From assembly GCA_963775425.1 (NCBI GenBank), contig CAVZJB010000016.1:352001-416000 (forward strand): a stretch of DNA of 64,000 bases. Direction: 5' to 3'. Positions 61,655 through 64,000 of this stretch are shown one piece after another. Position numbers and translations under genes: made by a program. Source of the stretch: an uncultured delta proteobacterium. GTDB taxonomy: Bacteria; Myxococcota; UBA727; VGSZ01. The notes under the pieces were generated by a model, which did no database searches, was not told the DNA's origin, and saw only the letters and a list, made by a program, of their open reading frames with translations. The first letter of the stretch is position 1. Every line of letters starts with the position of its first letter.

Positions 61655-61767
61655 CGGTGGCCGGGAGCCGCCGCGCGTCAACGGAGCGATGCGTCTTGAC
61701 ATAGGGGCAGAATGCATCGGCATCGGGGACGGATGCTCACAGAAAGTGGCAGTGATACCATTCGGTC

Positions 61768-62397
61768 ATGACCACGCCGATGTCCACAACCATGCTCCTC
61801 GATCCCGAAGCCCAGCGCGTGGACACCCTGGCGCGCGACATCCTGCGCGACAACTACGTCCACTTCGGCCTCGAGCGGCTCGAGCTCGTGGAAGATCAGG
61901 AGGGGGTGCGCACCAAGGCCACGCTCACGCGCTCCGAATCGGGCGAGGACATCGAGGTCGAAGGCAGGGGCGTCGGCCTCATCGACGCGTTCTTCGACTC
62001 CATCATCAAACGCTTCGCCGACGAATATCCGTCGCTGAAGACCATCGCCGTGAGCGACTTCCGCCTCGGCTCCGGCTTCGACGAAGCGCAGGGCCGCAAG
62101 TCGGACGCGCTCGCCGTGGCCACGCTGCGGGTGAAGAACTCGGAGGGCATCGAGTTCCAGTTCGAGCGCAAGACGCCGTCGGTCACGCGCTCCTCGGTGC
62201 GCACGGCCCTCGACGCGCTGACCTTCTTCATCAACTCCGAGCGCGCCTACGTACAACTGCACCTCGCGCTCAAGGACGCCAAGGAGCGTCGCCGCAGCGA
62301 CCTCGTCGAGCGCTATCGCGGCCAGATGTCCACGCTCGTCACCGCCACGTCGTACTCCGAGGTCATCGAGAAGCTGCGCCGCGACGGCGGCGAGTAG
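61768..62397 (+). CDS. Hypothetical protein resembling a stand-alone LeuA/CimA allosteric domain
   Basis: Pattern EVEGRGVGLIDAFF...IAVSDFRL...SDALAVATLRV...VTRSSVRTALDAL, followed by a helical extension. Confidence 0.55.
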   Translation: MTTPMSTTMLLDPEAQRVDTLARDILRDNYVHFGLERLELVEDQEGVRTKATLTRSESGEDIEVEGRGVGLIDAFFDSIIKRFADEYPSLKTIAVSDFRLGSGFDEAQGRKSDALAVATLRVKNSEGIEFQFERKTPSVTRSSVRTALDALTFFINSERAYVQLHLALKDAKERRRSDLVERYRGQMSTLVTATSYSEVIEKLRRDGGE

Positions 62398-62412
62398 CCC
62401 CCACCCCGCGGG

Positions 62413-63324
62413 TCACTCGATCCGCGCGTCGCGAGCGCCGCTCCAGTCCGTGAACGGGACCATCACGCCGGCGGCGACGCCGACGACGACGGCGCCGGCG
62501 TAGAGGCCGTTGGCCGCGGTGGCCCAGCCCTGCGCTCGATCGGCGGCGCCGGTGACGAGGCTGCCGTCGACGGGGGCTGCCGTCGCCCGCTTCTTCAGCG
62601 CGCTGAACGTGTTCTGCTCCGAGAGCGCCGACGCGCCCGCGACGACGCCCGCGGCGAAGAGCACGCCGCCGGCGACGCCGGTGCCGATGGTGGCCCACGT
62701 CGGCACCGGCGGCGGGTTGACGGCGAGCGCGATCTCGGGCGCGACGCCGCGCGCCGCGCCGCGCCGCAGCCCGAGCTCGGGGAACAGCTTCTGGACCCCG
62801 GGGCCGACTGCCGCCAGGAACTCCTCGCCGCCGTCGGAGGCCAGCCGCTGGGTGAAGCTGTCCTTGGCCCGCGCGTTCTTCTGGTCGATGCGCCGCAGCG
62901 ACATGACGCTCTCCGTGCCCGCGACGCCGAGCTCGCCGACGACAATCTCGTCGACGCCGAGCGCCTCGCCGATGGCGCTGACGCAGGAGTCCCCCTCGGT
63001 GCACCCGAGGAGCTGCTTCGCGGCCTCGTACTGCAGCATCGCCCGCACCTCGCCCATGCCGACGACGGAGACCCCCTCGAGCTTGCGCAGCTCCTGGACG
63101 AGGGAATTGGTGACGAGCTTGCCGACGCGCTTGTCGACGCCGTCGACCGAGAGATCGTAGACCGCGAGCCGCAGGAGCTTCCGCGGGCGCGCGCTCTCCG
63201 GCGACGCGGCCGGCGACGCGGCCGGCGACGCGGCCGGCGGCGCGACGGGATCGGCGGCCGGCGCGTCCGCGAGGGCGGGCGCGGCGACCAGCGCGCAGAG
63301 CGCGAGTGTGGGGGAGAAGCGCAT
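62413..63324 (-). CDS. Secreted protein: TolB-N/PEGA-associated-like domain plus C-terminal hydrophobic hairpin
   Basis: Signal peptide; LAVYDL...LLGCTEGDSCVSAIGEALGVDEIVVG; two C-terminal hydrophobic helices. Confidence 0.7.
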   Translation of the reverse strand: MRFSPTLALCALVAAPALADAPAADPVAPPAASPAASPAASPESARPRKLLRLAVYDLSVDGVDKRVGKLVTNSLVQELRKLEGVSVVGMGEVRAMLQYEAAKQLLGCTEGDSCVSAIGEALGVDEIVVGELGVAGTESVMSLRRIDQKNARAKDSFTQRLASDGGEEFLAAVGPGVQKLFPELGLRRGAARGVAPEIALAVNPPPVPTWATIGTGVAGGVLFAAGVVAGASALSEQNTFSALKKRATAAPVDGSLVTGAADRAQGWATAANGLYAGAVVVGVAAGVMVPFTDWSGARDARIE

Positions 63325-63519
63325 GGCGGAAGCGTAGGCCAAAAGCCCTCCGCGCGATCACGCCGGGCTCCTCGCGCGCGCAATCCGTGACAGCTCCGCG
63401 CGCGCCGGGAGAAATTGCGCCGGAGAGCGGCCGCCGTGACGTTGCGTGAGCGGGTCGAAACCGCGCGAGAGCGTCGCACGTGTGACCGTGGGTCCGGTCA
63501 CGGGCTATCTTCGGCGCCC

Positions 63520-64000
63520 ATGCGCGCGCACCTCTTCCTCGTTGCTTCTCTCGTCGCGCTCAGCGGATGTCTCGTCGACACGAGCCTCGCCGGCGACGAG
63601 AAGCTCACGTGCGGCGGCGACGCCGACTGCCCGTCGGATCGCACCTGCGTCGCCGGCTTTTGTCTGACCAAGGAGCAGCTCGCCACGCCGGCGGTGGCCT
63701 TCGCCTCGCCTCCGGCGTTCGCCGACGGCGAGGGCGTGCGCAGCGACCACGAGGGCAAGGACACGTTCCATATCGACGTGCACACCAACGTCGACGCCGA
63801 CGTGCGCGCCGACTGCGACATCGCCGTCACCTGCGCCTCCGCGGGCGCCGCCCACGCCACCTGCACGGGCACGGTCGCCGGCGCCGACGCCGAGGGCGTG
63901 CACGGCATCACCGTCGTCGCCACCGACGCCTTCGGGAGGACGGCCGAGGCCCAGCTCTCGCTCATCGTCGACAAGACCGCGCCCACCGCCACGCTCCTCG
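63520..64000 (+). CDS. Lipoprotein with Cys-rich N-terminal motif and Ig-like repeat (runs off the window's right edge)
   Basis: Translated by hand: MRAHLFLVASLVALSGC...CGGDADCPSDRTCVAGFC...EGVHGITVVATDAFG...VDKTAP. Confidence 0.7.
   Translation, partial: MRAHLFLVASLVALSGCLVDTSLAGDEKLTCGGDADCPSDRTCVAGFCLTKEQLATPAVAFASPPAFADGEGVRSDHEGKDTFHIDVHTNVDADVRADCDIAVTCASAGAAHATCTGTVAGADAEGVHGITVVATDAFGRTAEAQLSLIVDKTAPTATLL

Noticed and set aside
63482-63501. Hairpin GTGACCG-N6-CGGTCAC upstream of the last gene
   Set aside because: A single 7-bp dyad in GC-rich DNA; it might be an operator but has no second copy or other support.

Overview
A high-GC chromosomal window that looks like Myxococcota. The clues are a MYXO-CTERM-type protease, an AgmX/PglI-type protein, DAG- and GE-repeat lipoproteins, and a Myxococcus-type LexA box. 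It holds about 46 genes. Housekeeping genes are dnaE2 (5' part), pabB-like, a fused LeuD-LeuC aconitase-family enzyme, xerD, glnD, an AmiC-type amidase, guaA, guaB, nrnA, truB, an enoyl-CoA hydratase, a NatAB-like ABC exporter and mdh-sdhCAB. They are interleaved with many secreted proteins and lipoproteins, a Ser/Thr kinase, a pseudokinase and a class III cyclase. I found no rRNA, tRNA, CRISPR array, transposase or prophage. The most interesting signals are non-coding. (1) A small dispersed element sits at start and stop codons, and its conserved core folds as an ssDNA-type hairpin (GNA triloop plus tandem G.A pairs). One copy forms a 22-aa mini-ORF that exactly bridges sdhC and sdhA, and three tandem copies form a lipoprotein signal n-region. 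(2) A structured, inverted-repeat-bounded ~190-nt region with a terminator lies beside the dnaE2 SOS box. (3) A recurrent -10 hexamer 6-8 nt upstream of start codons suggests widespread leaderless transcription. All functional calls come from motif recognition by eye; no database searches were run.
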